64,000 nucleotides of DNA, from NCBI GenBank assembly GCA_965262115.1, contig OZ253496.1:1664001-1728000 (forward strand). The letters are read 5' to 3'. The stretch's first letter is position 1. Every line of letters begins with the position of its first letter. The notes under the pieces were generated by a model. That model was not told where the DNA came from, searched no databases, and saw only the letters and a list, made by a program, of their open reading frames with translations. Of the stretch, positions 62,877 through 64,000 are shown piece after piece. Position numbers and translations under genes: made by a program. The stretch comes from Nitrospinales bacterium (lineage in GTDB: Bacteria; Nitrospinota; Nitrospinia; Nitrospinales; VA-1).

Positions 62877-63385
62877 GCATCCTGCTCTTTGATTTTCTTT
62901 TTGAATTTTCGTTTTAGAATATCCCGTTTTACTTTTCCCAAGTTGTCCCAAAAAAGAACGCCGTTTAAATGATCCATTTCATGTTGAAAGGCTCGCGCCA
63001 GGTACCCTTCGGCTTCATAGCGGACTTCGTTTCCATCGAGATCGTAGCCCTTGATTTCAATCTGGCTGGCCCGGGTCACTTCTGCCATCACATCAGGAAT
63101 ACTCAGGCAACCTTCCTCCCCGAGTTCACTGCCCTCCATAGACGTTATTTCCGGATTGATCACGGTCACCAGGTTTTCTTTATCGGTTTCGACACCGATG
63201 TTTATCACAAACAAGCGCCAGGGCAACCCGATCTGGTTGGCAGCAAGCCCGACTCCCGGAGCGGCGAGGGTGGTTTCCACCATATTTCCCGCAAGGGTGA
63301 CCAGCTCGCCATCAATATCATCAATGGGCAGGCACATTTTCCTTAAAACAGGGTCGAGGCAGTTTTTTATTTCCAGCAAAGCCAT
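62873..63385 (-). CDS. def: Peptide deformylase
   Basis: GVGLAANQIG, EGCLS and QHEMDHLNG. Confidence 0.96.
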   Translation of the reverse strand: MALLEIKNCLDPVLRKMCLPIDDIDGELVTLAGNMVETTLAAPGVGLAANQIGLPWRLFVINIGVETDKENLVTVINPEITSMEGSELGEEGCLSIPDVMAEVTRASQIEIKGYDLDGNEVRYEAEGYLARAFQHEMDHLNGVLFWDNLGKVKRDILKRKFKKKIKEQDA

Positions 63386-63459
63386 GTTTATAAACCTTAT
63401 CGGTCATCCACCGAGATATCAGTAATCACTGGTCAATTTTAATACAGAATGGAACCCGT

Positions 63460-63722
63460 ATCCAGCCCCACTCGGCGTGGCCAGCGTGACGCTGGACCCA
63501 ATGAGCAAGAAGTGATCTTGATTTTTTCTGGCTCCGCGCCGAGCGGTCAGCGACCGAGGGCAGATAGTAAGAGCGTATAAGGCCGAGACATCTCTTTTTT
63601 TGCCAGCAGAGTCATGCTCATTGTACCCCTCCTACCCCTTTGGGGCATGAGACAAGTGAAGAAATATCACAGGCTCATGAAAACTAATGAGGGGGTATCA
63701 CAGCCCCACGCCGAGTGGGTTA
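63460..63722. repeat. Family C repeat with doubly nested family B copies (outer 63624-63702, inner 63633-63671)
   Basis: Removing 63624-63702 restores GCTCATTG|GCCCCACGCC, identical to 55673-55690. Confidence 0.8.
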
Positions 63723-64000
63723 GGTGGTGTATTCCGCATTGATTTTAACGTAATCATACGACAAGTCGCAGGTCAAAACTTCTTCCCATTCTTTTCCGCC
63801 ATGCAGATCGATGGTTATATTGATTTCATGTTGCCGCATTGCTTTGACCAGTTTTTGGGAAGGTAAATTTGTAGGGGTGCCATTTTTCAGCAGCAGATTT
63901 TTATTTAACAATATATCAACTTTGTCAGGGTTAAAGGGTGCACCGGCATTGCCCACTGCGCAATAAATTCGTCCCCAGTTCGGGTCTTCCCCAAACAACG
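63720..64000 (-). CDS. argJ: Ornithine acetyltransferase, C-terminal part (partial)
   Basis: FGEDPNWGRI and TCDLSYDYVKINAEYTT. Confidence 0.93.
   Translation of the reverse strand, partial: LFGEDPNWGRIYCAVGNAGAPFNPDKVDILLNKNLLLKNGTPTNLPSQKLVKAMRQHEINITIDLHGGKEWEEVLTCDLSYDYVKINAEYTT

Overview
A 64-kb bacterial chromosomal segment from a Gram-negative organism. Gene content and order suggest a Nitrospinota or deltaproteobacteria-like lineage (inference only). Housekeeping blocks: rhlE-type helicase, purM, trmB fusion, uvrC, metH, clpC-bamA-skp-fabZ-lpxA-(Gfo/Idh/MocA)-lpxI-lpxB, glnB-glnA-glnE, cimA-lysC-apgM-like, hldD/hldE/gmhA, radC, uxs, fmt, def, argJ (partial). These are interleaved with a layered set of mobile DNA. 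(1) An intact IS110 element (40403-41600) whose non-coding end reads as a bridge RNA: its guide segments match its own insertion target and donor junction base for base, and circularisation creates a TTGACA-17-TATGTT promoter. (2) The target of that bridge RNA, a 39-41 bp micro-element with no terminal inverted repeats and no target-site duplication (TSD), ending in a GNA-triloop hairpin. It occurs about 10 times and nests into itself, into an IS3, into a MITE and into other repeats. (3) A MITE family with 15-bp terminal inverted repeats (TIRs) and 9-bp TSDs, one copy inside a reading frame. (4) A modular palindromic intergenic repeat family. (5) A dead IS3 next to a tRNA-Thr att remnant. Also present: a low-GC TIGR04255/unknown/HEPN cassette, an exact 820-bp tandem duplication of skp, and many pseudogenes and gene fragments.
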